From a phage: a DNA stretch of 64,000 bases. The stretch lies in sequence record PX436236.1; one strand, written 5' to 3'. The stretch's first letter is position 1; each line of letters starts with the position of its first letter. The notes beneath the pieces are model-generated. The model had not been told where the DNA came from. It did no database searches and saw only the letters and a program-made list of their open reading frames with translations. Positions 55,604-64,000 of the stretch are shown here, in pieces. The position numbers and the translations under genes are program-made.

Positions 55604-57414
55604 TGAAACAAGACTTAAAAGTAGGTTCCGCTGTTGATGACGGGTCCGGTGATTACCTGCGTGCAGGTGGTCTTAAAATTAATAACAACTTCAATGAGCT
55701 TTATTACCAATTAGGTGATGGCAACAACCCTCATGCAGCAGGCGCTTGGAAACAGCATTCTACTGCAGATGGTGCTTTGTTGAACGCTGTAATGGGTCAT
55801 AGCTATACCCTTAATACTCAAGGCGGGCGTATTAACGTTCAGCTTCCTAAAGGCTCTCCTGAAGAATATAACTTTGTTATCCGTGTACGTGATGTGTATT
55901 CCTCATGGCAAGCTAACCCTGTAACCCTAATCCCTGCCACGGGTGATACCATTAAGGGTTCAGCTACTCAAGTAGAAATTGCTCGCAACTTCTCGGACCT
56001 TGAATTAGTTTATTGTGCCCCAGGACGATGGGAATACGTTGAAAATAAGCAAGTAAACCGTATTCCAAATAACGACCTCGCTACTGTAGCAACTAAGCAG
56101 TTTATTGCCACTGAAGGCCAAACAGATTTTCTAGACATTTTCCCAGGGCTTTCTTATAACGTAGCAAGTTTAAGCGTTTCGCAACGTGGTAACAATTTGT
56201 TCTACGGTGTTGATGATATTTTTGATGCGGCTACTGCAGAGTTCGGTTCTCCGGGTGCTCAACCAGGTGAATTGGTTGCCTTGAATGGTAAAGACATCCG
56301 TTTAAAATATCCTTGTGAAGCAGGTGATACTGTTATTATCAAATCATATAATGACGGGCTTGCTCAATGGCGCAGTTCTTATAACCGCCGTGATATAACA
56401 ATCCAAAGTTCAGAATTGACTAAAAACGTTTCTGTTCCTGGTTCTTCTTTCGTGGCTGATTTGAATACTTCGCATGTTATATCGGCCGCAGATTTGAATA
56501 TTTCTGTTAATAGTCCTATCAACCCAAATGCTTGCCAAGTTATGCTGAATAGCACATTACTTCATCAAGCTGGTACGGCAGGACTTCCTTCGTTTTATTG
56601 TGAAGGTGCTGATGGTCGTACTGCTACCGAGTGTTTTAATGCTGGTGGTCAATGGACCCAATCTAAATCAGACTATATTTTTAATTTGACTCCTGAAGAC
56701 AAGATTGAATCCATCGAATTTGGACGTAACTTTGAACATGGCGATATTCTTACAGTAATTTGGTACAATAATGATATCGGTACTACCATGGAAATTGATG
56801 AGATTTTGGATTATACCAACAACATCTATATTTCTAAAGGTCCATCGATTGATATAACAGGGCAGGTTCGTATTACTGATGTAGATAATCCTTTTGCACC
56901 TAACGTTGAACCGGTCGCCGCGTCCAATATTACAATAGATACAGCAGCAACGTTTTTTGATTTGGTCTATCCAATAGGAACCATCTATGAGAATACGGTG
57001 AACCCTAATAACCCTAAAACTTATATGGGCTTTGGTTCATGGAAGCGTTTATCTGATGTGTTCTTGGTAGGTTGGTCTCCAGACGCAGCTTCTTTGTTTA
57101 ATGCAAATAATAACGATCTGGATTCTGCTGGTATTCCACAGTCAACTGCCGGTGGTACTGGTGGTGCTCATGTGGCTAATTTGAAATATGAGAATATCCC
57201 TGAACTTAATACCGATGATAAAGTCCTTATTGCTGATAACGATGGCCCTATTTTTGTAGGTGGATGTTTAGTTGACCCTGATTCACAAGGACCGGCTTAT
57301 ACAAAATATCGTGAAGATAAAGCCAGTATTAATAAGGCTCAAGGAACCACTCCTATCCCGGTTAATACTCTACCACCATACTTAACTGTTCATCGCTGGA
57401 TGAGGATTGCATAA
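55603..57414 (+). CDS. 10: Baseplate wedge protein gp10
   Basis: 603 aa; position and size as T4 gp10. Confidence 0.8.
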   Translation: MKQDLKVGSAVDDGSGDYLRAGGLKINNNFNELYYQLGDGNNPHAAGAWKQHSTADGALLNAVMGHSYTLNTQGGRINVQLPKGSPEEYNFVIRVRDVYSSWQANPVTLIPATGDTIKGSATQVEIARNFSDLELVYCAPGRWEYVENKQVNRIPNNDLATVATKQFIATEGQTDFLDIFPGLSYNVASLSVSQRGNNLFYGVDDIFDAATAEFGSPGAQPGELVALNGKDIRLKYPCEAGDTVIIKSYNDGLAQWRSSYNRRDITIQSSELTKNVSVPGSSFVADLNTSHVISAADLNISVNSPINPNACQVMLNSTLLHQAGTAGLPSFYCEGADGRTATECFNAGGQWTQSKSDYIFNLTPEDKIESIEFGRNFEHGDILTVIWYNNDIGTTMEIDEILDYTNNIYISKGPSIDITGQVRITDVDNPFAPNVEPVAASNITIDTAATFFDLVYPIGTIYENTVNPNNPKTYMGFGSWKRLSDVFLVGWSPDAASLFNANNNDLDSAGIPQSTAGGTGGAHVANLKYENIPELNTDDKVLIADNDGPIFVGGCLVDPDSQGPAYTKYREDKASINKAQGTTPIPVNTLPPYLTVHRWMRIA

Positions 57415-58079
57415 TGACTTTAACTGAAATGAAAAGCGGGTTAAAATCCCGCTTAGCCGATTATTTGGAATTATCTTACACTAGTGACAAGCCTACTGCT
57501 GTCGCTGACCAACGTCCTATCGGTGGGCCTTCTGCAAACCAAACCCAGAAGGGTGTTTATTTTCCTACAGTCCAAAGTGCAATAGATGATATTGCATTTA
57601 GAACAGAGCTTCCTGTGAACTCTGTTATTATTACCACAGAAAACAGAGCACCTGGATTTATCCAGCAATCTGATAAAATTACATTTACCGGTTCTATTTC
57701 TTCAGGCGGTGAACTTGGCGACCCGGTTATTATTAAAGTGTTCGGACTTCCTGTAGAGGTCTTAGTTGGCGATTCATCTGTATTGGTTGCATCTAAAGTA
57801 AATGATGTGTTTTTAGACGCTATTGCTAATAGCTATATTTTAGCCGAAACTGCTATTGATGCCTTAGACCAATCTACCTTGAATATTAAATACAATGACT
57901 ATCAGAATCATATTTTTTCACCATATAAACAATCGGGTTGTACAATTTCCCATACTATAGTCCAACAGCCAAGGGCTGGATACGGTAAGTGGGAATACTT
58001 AGGTAACTCTACCCAATCGTTAGCAGGTGGTACAGTTAACGGCACGATTCCTTTATATTACTATAAGAGATTATATTAA
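57414..58079 (+). CDS. 11: Baseplate wedge / short-tail-fibre attachment protein gp11
   Basis: 221 aa; position and size as T4 gp11. Confidence 0.8.
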   Translation: MTLTEMKSGLKSRLADYLELSYTSDKPTAVADQRPIGGPSANQTQKGVYFPTVQSAIDDIAFRTELPVNSVIITTENRAPGFIQQSDKITFTGSISSGGELGDPVIIKVFGLPVEVLVGDSSVLVASKVNDVFLDAIANSYILAETAIDALDQSTLNIKYNDYQNHIFSPYKQSGCTISHTIVQQPRAGYGKWEYLGNSTQSLAGGTVNGTIPLYYYKRLY

Positions 58080-59605
58080 TGTCAACAAACACACTAAAAC
58101 ACATTAGTGATAAATCGGAATTCAAATCATTCGACCCTACTGGGTCGAATTTCCCGCCTGATATTACTAATGTTCAAGAAGCATTGGCAACTATTTCATT
58201 AATCGGCGTCACAGGTAATGTTCCTTCAGCTACAGAAACATCCCAAGGTATTATTCGTCTTGCAACCACACAAGAAGTAATGGATGGATTGGATGCTTAT
58301 AGTGCGGTGACTCCAGCAACTTTAAAAGCCCGTTTAGATATTCCTACTCAGGCAACAGAAACTTATGTAGGTATCACCCGTTATGCTACTAACGCTGAAG
58401 CTATAGCAGGCACAGAGCCCCAGGCTGCAATCGTAGCAACCTCTTTGAAAGCGGTAATGGATTATACATTTGAGAACCGTTTATCAACAGAGAACGCTAC
58501 AGGCGTTATCAAGATTTCAACTACACCTGCCGCATTAGCTGGTACCGATGATACCACAGCAATGACCCCACTTAAAGTATCTCAGGCAATTGGTGCAGCG
58601 ACGGCCGCGTTACCGGTTTATTCTACAGCAACGACTACAAATGAAGGTTTAGTTCGTTTAGCGACCAATGCAGAGGTTGGTAATGGAAGTCTTTCGGTAG
58701 GTATCGCTATTTCTCCGGCAGGATTAGCCACATTAACTTCCACCGAAGAACGAAGCGGTATTATTAAACTCGCAGGTTGGGATATGGTATCTAATGGTAC
58801 CGACCATACCGCCGCAGTTACACCGGCTTCTTTGTTAGCTCGCACGGGTAATACTGGACGTATTGGGTTGGTTCGTTTATCTACTACTGTAGGCCAAGGC
58901 GATGGTAATACGGCGCTGGCTTATAATGCTAACGTTATTTCTACTTCAGGCGGCGAAATATGGGGTACTTTAAACGTTAATGGAGCATTACGTCGTAATG
59001 GTGTTGATGTTGTTACCCATGACCAATTATCAGATAGCGTTCCGGTGGGTACTATTTGCATGTGGGGTGGCAATGAAGGTAATATACCTGGTAAATGGCG
59101 TGCTTGTGTAGGTGGGACTTACACTGGTGGTGCATATTTAAATGCTGTTGGTGGGCGTTGGGGATGGTGGGGTGCTATTCCAGATTTCCGTGGATTATAT
59201 CCTCGTGGCGCTAACATGGTCGGTGGATATTCTGAAGGCGAAGTTAACCCGCATATTGCCGGTAACCGAGGAGAAGACGGTAAAGGTAAAGCCCGTTTAG
59301 GTAATGGTGTTGGTTCTTTCCCGCAATCTTCCGTTCAAGCCCAAGCATTACGTTATCATAAACATGCTGGTGGTTTTGGTGAACATGATAACTATGGCGC
59401 TTTTGGTAACACCGCTAACTCCGGATATGTTGGTACTCGTAAAGGCCTTGACTGGGATAACCGTAGTTATTATACCAACGAAGGTTTTGAGACCACCGAT
59501 CCTTGGAACCGTGATGGACATACCACATTGAATAGTGAAGGTCTTATTGCCAACGAAACACGTCCATGGACAATGTCCGTTCTTTTTATTATTAAAGTAG
59601 AATAA
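58079..59605 (+). CDS. 12: Short tail fibre gp12
   Basis: ...FDPTGSNFPPDITNVQEA...TPLKVSQA...SYHKHAGGFGEHDNYGAFGNT...LIANETRPW...; T4 gp12-like. Confidence 0.85.
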   Translation: MSTNTLKHISDKSEFKSFDPTGSNFPPDITNVQEALATISLIGVTGNVPSATETSQGIIRLATTQEVMDGLDAYSAVTPATLKARLDIPTQATETYVGITRYATNAEAIAGTEPQAAIVATSLKAVMDYTFENRLSTENATGVIKISTTPAALAGTDDTTAMTPLKVSQAIGAATAALPVYSTATTTNEGLVRLATNAEVGNGSLSVGIAISPAGLATLTSTEERSGIIKLAGWDMVSNGTDHTAAVTPASLLARTGNTGRIGLVRLSTTVGQGDGNTALAYNANVISTSGGEIWGTLNVNGALRRNGVDVVTHDQLSDSVPVGTICMWGGNEGNIPGKWRACVGGTYTGGAYLNAVGGRWGWWGAIPDFRGLYPRGANMVGGYSEGEVNPHIAGNRGEDGKGKARLGNGVGSFPQSSVQAQALRYHKHAGGFGEHDNYGAFGNTANSGYVGTRKGLDWDNRSYYTNEGFETTDPWNRDGHTTLNSEGLIANETRPWTMSVLFIIKVE

Positions 59606-59614
59606 GGGTAAAAA

Positions 59615-61204
59615 ATGATTAACAAATTGGAACTTAGTGAGTTACCATTTGTTGACGGCGTACCTGATGCTCCTCAAAAGCGTATCCAATGGATACGCGA
59701 GGGTGATTGTATGTCTGCAGCAAAAACAAAATATGGCAATGAAGGTAATTTGAACGCTGCTGCTTTAGGAGTTCAGAAAAACGTTGAAGCTCTTGATGCG
59801 AATGATTTGAAAACCGCAGATAAAGTTAACGAACTGGTAGAAAACGTTAATAATATCAATGATGCCTTAGAAATGGCTACGGATATTTCCGTCATCCAAC
59901 AAATTGAGAAAAACCGTGTTGATATCGTAGAGCTTAAGAGAGTAGAAGGCGAAACCACTACTGGGCTAAACAATTTAACCATAAATTTAGACCACCTAAA
60001 AGAAGACGTTGGTTACCATGACCCTTTACAAGATGGCCCATATTTAACTGTACGTGAAAATATTGTTCTTCTTAAAACCGAAATAGGTCATTATGAAAAC
60101 CAGGATATAAATGGTAATCCGTTGCCTCCTGGTGAAACCAGCGAAGCCACCGGTATGAAACGTCGCATCATTGATAATACCACCCAATTGGTCGACCATC
60201 GTCTTCGCATTGATACCCTTGAAAGGAATTATGAAGATTCTGACGTCGGGCAACTAGGTATTAAATTAAATGAAATTCGTGCTGAACTTGGGCCCCATTC
60301 CGATACGGTAGGTAAACAACAGGCTTATACCCGAATTTCTGTATTAGAAACGGCTGCAATTAATTTCAATACATCTATCGACGAAATTAAGACTAATATT
60401 GATTTCTCCGGTATGCCTATAAAGGACCGAGTAACTACTTTAGAAAGCAAAACTCTTACCCTAGAAAATTCAGTCAACGTTGATTTAAAACCTCGTGTAA
60501 CATCAATTGAAACCCAAATAGGTTCTGAATCAACTCCTACTTCTATTAATGGACGTTTAAGCGGCCTTCGTACTGATGTAAATGACCTTAAAACCATAGT
60601 GGGTGTTAGTTCAAGTGATGGCTTACGTTTCCAAGTTACTGATATCAACCGCCGTTTAGGTAGTGAAGTATCTCCGGCAGCTGGGACCATTAATAAGCGT
60701 TTAAATGACGTTATTATCCAAGCAAACCAATCTACTTCATCTATCCAGGATATTCAAGTAGAAATTGGAAATAACCAATCCGGTATTAAGGGTACTTTAC
60801 TTAAACTCACCAATAAGGTTGACGGGACAAACCCTAACGGTACTACTGTAGAAGAACGTGGTCTTATTAACGCGGTTACTTCTTTAGAAACCCAGATGTT
60901 AGGTAAGTTGAATGATGCCCCTTCCGATGGTAAGCTTTATGCTCGTCGTAATGCTACGTGGACCGAAGTTCCTAACGTTTCTACTGAAATAGGGACCGTT
61001 AAAGCTGATTTAGTTGTTACCGATGGTAATGTGGCAGCTTTAACTTCTAGAGTTACTACAGCAGAAGATAAAATCACTGCATTAGAAACTGAACTTGCTA
61101 AACGTCCACCAGTGGCTCCAGTTGCTGATGGACTTCCATATGTTCTTGTTGATAATGCGTGGGTGCTATTGTCAGATTTTGTGACTTTAAACCCAGCACC
61201 ATAA
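59615..61204 (+). CDS. wac: Fibritin (whisker protein wac)
   Basis: Long coiled-coil with repeated segments and foldon-like C-terminus ...DGLPYVLVDNAWVLLSDFV. Confidence 0.8.
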   Translation: MINKLELSELPFVDGVPDAPQKRIQWIREGDCMSAAKTKYGNEGNLNAAALGVQKNVEALDANDLKTADKVNELVENVNNINDALEMATDISVIQQIEKNRVDIVELKRVEGETTTGLNNLTINLDHLKEDVGYHDPLQDGPYLTVRENIVLLKTEIGHYENQDINGNPLPPGETSEATGMKRRIIDNTTQLVDHRLRIDTLERNYEDSDVGQLGIKLNEIRAELGPHSDTVGKQQAYTRISVLETAAINFNTSIDEIKTNIDFSGMPIKDRVTTLESKTLTLENSVNVDLKPRVTSIETQIGSESTPTSINGRLSGLRTDVNDLKTIVGVSSSDGLRFQVTDINRRLGSEVSPAAGTINKRLNDVIIQANQSTSSIQDIQVEIGNNQSGIKGTLLKLTNKVDGTNPNGTTVEERGLINAVTSLETQMLGKLNDAPSDGKLYARRNATWTEVPNVSTEIGTVKADLVVTDGNVAALTSRVTTAEDKITALETELAKRPPVAPVADGLPYVLVDNAWVLLSDFVTLNPAP

Positions 61205-61209
61205 TAAAA

Positions 61210-61227
61210 GGGCTTCGGCCCTTTTTT
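61210..61227 (+). terminator. Hairpin terminator GGGC-ttcg-GCCC plus TTTTTT
   Basis: Directly after the wac stop. Confidence 0.55.
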
Positions 61228-61229
61228 GC

Positions 61230-61237
61230 TATAAATA
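61230..61237 (+). promoter_or_regulatory. T4-type late promoter TATAAATA upstream of gp13
   Basis: Exact TATAAATA 22 nt before the gp13 ATG. Confidence 0.55.
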
Positions 61238-61258
61238 CGGTTATTAGAGGAATAAACC

Positions 61259-62194
61259 ATGGCAAGTGAATCATATAACCCTAAGCAACTCAAGGACGCA
61301 ATCCTGCGCCGCCTGGGTGCACCGATTACGAATATTGAAGTAACTACAGACCAAGTATACGATTGCATCCAGCGCGCCCTGGAGCTCTACGGTGAGTATC
61401 ATTATAACGGCTATAACAAAGGTTATCAGGCTTTTTATATAGGCCATGATGACGAAGAAAAATTCCGTAACGGCGTATTTGACCTTAAAGGCCGTAATAT
61501 ATTTGCAGTAACACAAATTTTAAGAACTAATGTAGGTTCTTTAACATCTATGGATGGCCAAGCGACTTATCCATGGTTTACTGATTTTGTATTAGGCCTA
61601 GCTGGTATTAACGGCGGTCTTGGAACTTCTTGTAACAGCTTTGGGCCTAATGCCTTTGGTGCTGACCTCGGGTATTTTACACAATTAATGCAATATCGTT
61701 CTATGATGCAGGACCTTTTGGTTCCATTGCCTGATTATTGGTATAACGATGCCACTGAACAGTTGAAGGTAATGGGTAACTTTGTTAAAGGCGATTTTAT
61801 TGTAATTGAAGTTTATACTCGCTCTTTTAATGGGGTCGATTCTATGGTAGGAAATACCGCAGGATATGGATATGCCTCTGGTGGGTGCGACGAAAATGAA
61901 TGGAGCCCCGGAGCTATTTGGGATAACCCGGCTCGTCGTATTTCAGGTATGAGGGCAGGTGAAGACCTTGGTTTGCAAGATGGTTCATATAATAACCGTT
62001 GGGTCAAAGATTATGCGACGGCATTGGTTAAAGAAGTCAATGGTAATATTTTGGCCAAACACCAAGGCATGCAACTTGCGGGTGGAACCACTGTAGATGG
62101 TATTCGATTGATTGAAGAAGCTCGTTTAGAAAAAGAACGCCTTCGCGAAGAATTAGATTTACTCGACCCACCAACACCTATTTTAATTGGATAA
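61259..62194 (+). CDS. 13: Neck protein gp13
   Basis: ...[18 protein letters not shown]...[13 protein letters not shown]...; T4 gp13-like. Confidence 0.9.
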   Translation: MASESYNPKQLKDAILRRLGAPITNIEVTTDQVYDCIQRALELYGEYHYNGYNKGYQAFYIGHDDEEKFRNGVFDLKGRNIFAVTQILRTNVGSLTSMDGQATYPWFTDFVLGLAGINGGLGTSCNSFGPNAFGADLGYFTQLMQYRSMMQDLLVPLPDYWYNDATEQLKVMGNFVKGDFIVIEVYTRSFNGVDSMVGNTAGYGYASGGCDENEWSPGAIWDNPARRISGMRAGEDLGLQDGSYNNRWVKDYATALVKEVNGNILAKHQGMQLAGGTTVDGIRLIEEARLEKERLREELDLLDPPTPILIG

Positions 62195-62196
62195 TT

Positions 62197-62970
62197 ATGG
62201 CTACTTTCGATTCGAGTTTATTTGCCAAGCTGGAAAATAATACTGGCTATGCTAACACGAACGAAACTGAAATAATGAATCCGTTCGTCAACTTCTACAA
62301 GCATGAGAATACCCAAACATTGGCTGATGCTTTAGTTGCTGAGTCTATTCAAATGCGTGGTATTGAGCTTTATTATATACCACGTGAATACGTTAATCCA
62401 GACCAGCTATTTGGCGAAGACCTTCAGAACAAATTTACTAAAGCCTGGAAATTTGCAGGTTATTTGGATTCCTTTGAAGGTTATTCCGGTGACAATACTT
62501 ATTTCAGTAAGTTCGGTATGATGGTTAATGACGAAGTAACAATCACAATTAACCCTAACCTTTTTAAACATCAATGCAATGGCACTGAACCTGTTTCAGG
62601 TGATTTGATTTATTTCCCAATGGACAACAGCCTATTCGAAATTAACTGGGTACAACCTTACGACCCATTCTATCAAGTAGGAGCTAACGTCCAGCGGCGC
62701 ATCACCGCTACCAAGTTCATTTACAATGGTGAAGAACTTCGCCCTGAATTACAGAGAAATGAAGGTATTAATATCCCTGAGTTTAGTGAGCTTGATTTAA
62801 TGCCTGTTAAGAATATCGACGGATTGGCTGATATCTCCGACATTCAATATGAAGAGGTCAATGAGATTAATGCTGAAGCGGCGGAATTCGTACATCCTTA
62901 TGTTGTAATTAATGGACGAGGAGAGGATGCTCCTCCTACAGCATTTGATGATGCTTTTTTAGATGATTAA
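62197..62970 (+). CDS. 14: Neck protein gp14
   Basis: 257 aa; position and size as T4 gp14. Confidence 0.8.
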   Translation: MATFDSSLFAKLENNTGYANTNETEIMNPFVNFYKHENTQTLADALVAESIQMRGIELYYIPREYVNPDQLFGEDLQNKFTKAWKFAGYLDSFEGYSGDNTYFSKFGMMVNDEVTITINPNLFKHQCNGTEPVSGDLIYFPMDNSLFEINWVQPYDPFYQVGANVQRRITATKFIYNGEELRPELQRNEGINIPEFSELDLMPVKNIDGLADISDIQYEEVNEINAEAAEFVHPYVVINGRGEDAPPTAFDDAFLDD

Positions 62971-62977
62971 ATAATAC

Positions 62978-62996
62978 ATGGCGCATGGTGCGCCAT
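62978..62996 (+). promoter_or_regulatory. Stem-loop ATGGCGCA-tgg-TGCGCCAT between gp14 and gp15
   Basis: Perfect 8-bp inverted repeat; followed by TTTTA and the gp15 RBS. Confidence 0.3.
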
Positions 62997-63006
62997 TTTA
63001 GGAGGT

Positions 63007-63876
63007 TTGATGTTTGGACATTGGTATAATAGTTCGCTACGTCGCTATATTGTTTTGATGGGTGATTTATTTTCCCATGTTCAAGTAGCACGTCAAAGAG
63101 AAGATACAGGACTTAAATTTATTAAGGTTCCTATTACGTATGCTTCTAAAGAAAGATTTATGGCAAATTTGGGTAAATGGACGGCAGTACAGAATATTCC
63201 AAATCCTAATATGACAGCTAAAGAACGGGCCGAACAAAAAGCTAAAGTGGAAACAGTTCTTCCGCGTATGAACCTCCAAATGGTTGATATGCTTTACAAC
63301 TCACAATATAAAACAGCCCTTCAAAACAGAACACAAATTCAATTTGAGAATGGCGACCCACGTAAGCGTGTCAGCCAATATTCTCCTACTCCGGTTAAAA
63401 TGATTTTCGAACTGGGTATTTACACTAGAACCCAAGATGATATGTTCCAAATTGTAGAACAGATTATGCCTTATTTCCAACCCCACTTCAATACAACTAT
63501 CACTGAACTCTATACAAACGAAATTAAATTTGACCGTGATATCCGTATTGTGTTCCAATCTATAGCAATGGATGAACAATTAGAAGGTGATACCACTTCT
63601 AGACGTCGCTTAGAGTGGTCTATGATGTTTGAGGTTAATGGTTGGTTATATCCTCCTGTGAAGGAAATGGAAGGCGAAATTAAAACCATTTATCTTGATT
63701 TCTTTGCCAACTCAAAGGAACTCGCTCCTGAAGGTAATTTCGAATCGGTTGATAGCGAAGTGGTTCCTAGAGGTGTAGAAGAAAAAGAATGGGACGGTAA
63801 GTCCATTCAAACATATTCACAAGATATTCCAGTGCCTGTCGAGCCAGCGCCTCCAGCACCAAGGAGAAACCCATGA
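63007..63876 (+). CDS. 15: Tail sheath stabiliser / tail completion protein gp15
   Basis: ...[17 protein letters not shown]...VPITYASKE...[19 protein letters not shown]...; T4 gp15-like. Confidence 0.85.
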   Translation: MMFGHWYNSSLRRYIVLMGDLFSHVQVARQREDTGLKFIKVPITYASKERFMANLGKWTAVQNIPNPNMTAKERAEQKAKVETVLPRMNLQMVDMLYNSQYKTALQNRTQIQFENGDPRKRVSQYSPTPVKMIFELGIYTRTQDDMFQIVEQIMPYFQPHFNTTITELYTNEIKFDRDIRIVFQSIAMDEQLEGDTTSRRRLEWSMMFEVNGWLYPPVKEMEGEIKTIYLDFFANSKELAPEGNFESVDSEVVPRGVEEKEWDGKSIQTYSQDIPVPVEPAPPAPRRNP

Positions 63877-64000
63877 GCGATTTAGATATCAGTAAATTAA
63901 TGGATATTACCGACCTCCCTGGCTTGACTGGGGACGAGGTAGTTCCTTATGAACCATTAGTATTAAAAGAAGTGGAAAGTAATCCTCAGAACCGTACTCC
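63874..64000 (+). CDS. 16: Small terminase subunit gp16, N-terminal part only
   Basis: [42 protein letters not shown] matches the T4 gp16 N-terminus; ORF continues past the window end. Confidence 0.8.

Overview
This window is a T4-like (Tevenvirinae-type) myophage genome segment with two oppositely oriented blocks. Positions 1-44104 are almost entirely minus-strand early/middle genes: clamp loader gp44 (partial), sliding clamp gp45, gp46/gp47 recombination nuclease, late sigma factor gp55, NrdC, thymidine kinase, RegB, DenV, lysozyme e, NudE, 57B/57A, gp1, gp3, gp2 and gp4. Between these lie many small accessory ORFs, two free-standing homing endonucleases, two tRNAs and at least six internal-protein-type genes sharing the N-terminal MKTY(Q/N/K)EF(I/L)(A/T)E capsid-targeting sequence. 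Positions 44150-64000 are plus-strand late genes in canonical order: gp53, gp5, an unexpected 687-aa ORF, gp6, gp7, gp8, gp9, gp10, gp11, gp12, wac, gp13, gp14, gp15 and the start of gp16. The accessory block is punctuated by repeated early-promoter/stem-loop units (PeSL-like, conserved core TGATACTATAGACCTATCAA on the minus strand), T4-type late promoters (TATAAATA) and hairpin terminators. The strongest candidates for undescribed biology are a tandem array of four paralogous small acidic proteins each ending in W-x-S-S-x-Cys, an adjacent P-loop ATPase plus nucleotidyltransferase-fold gene pair, the expanded internal-protein repertoire, and the large ORF between gp5 and gp6; which of these, if any, is the intended system cannot be decided from sequence alone. 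All calls rest on reading the six-frame translations and motifs by eye; no database search was run.
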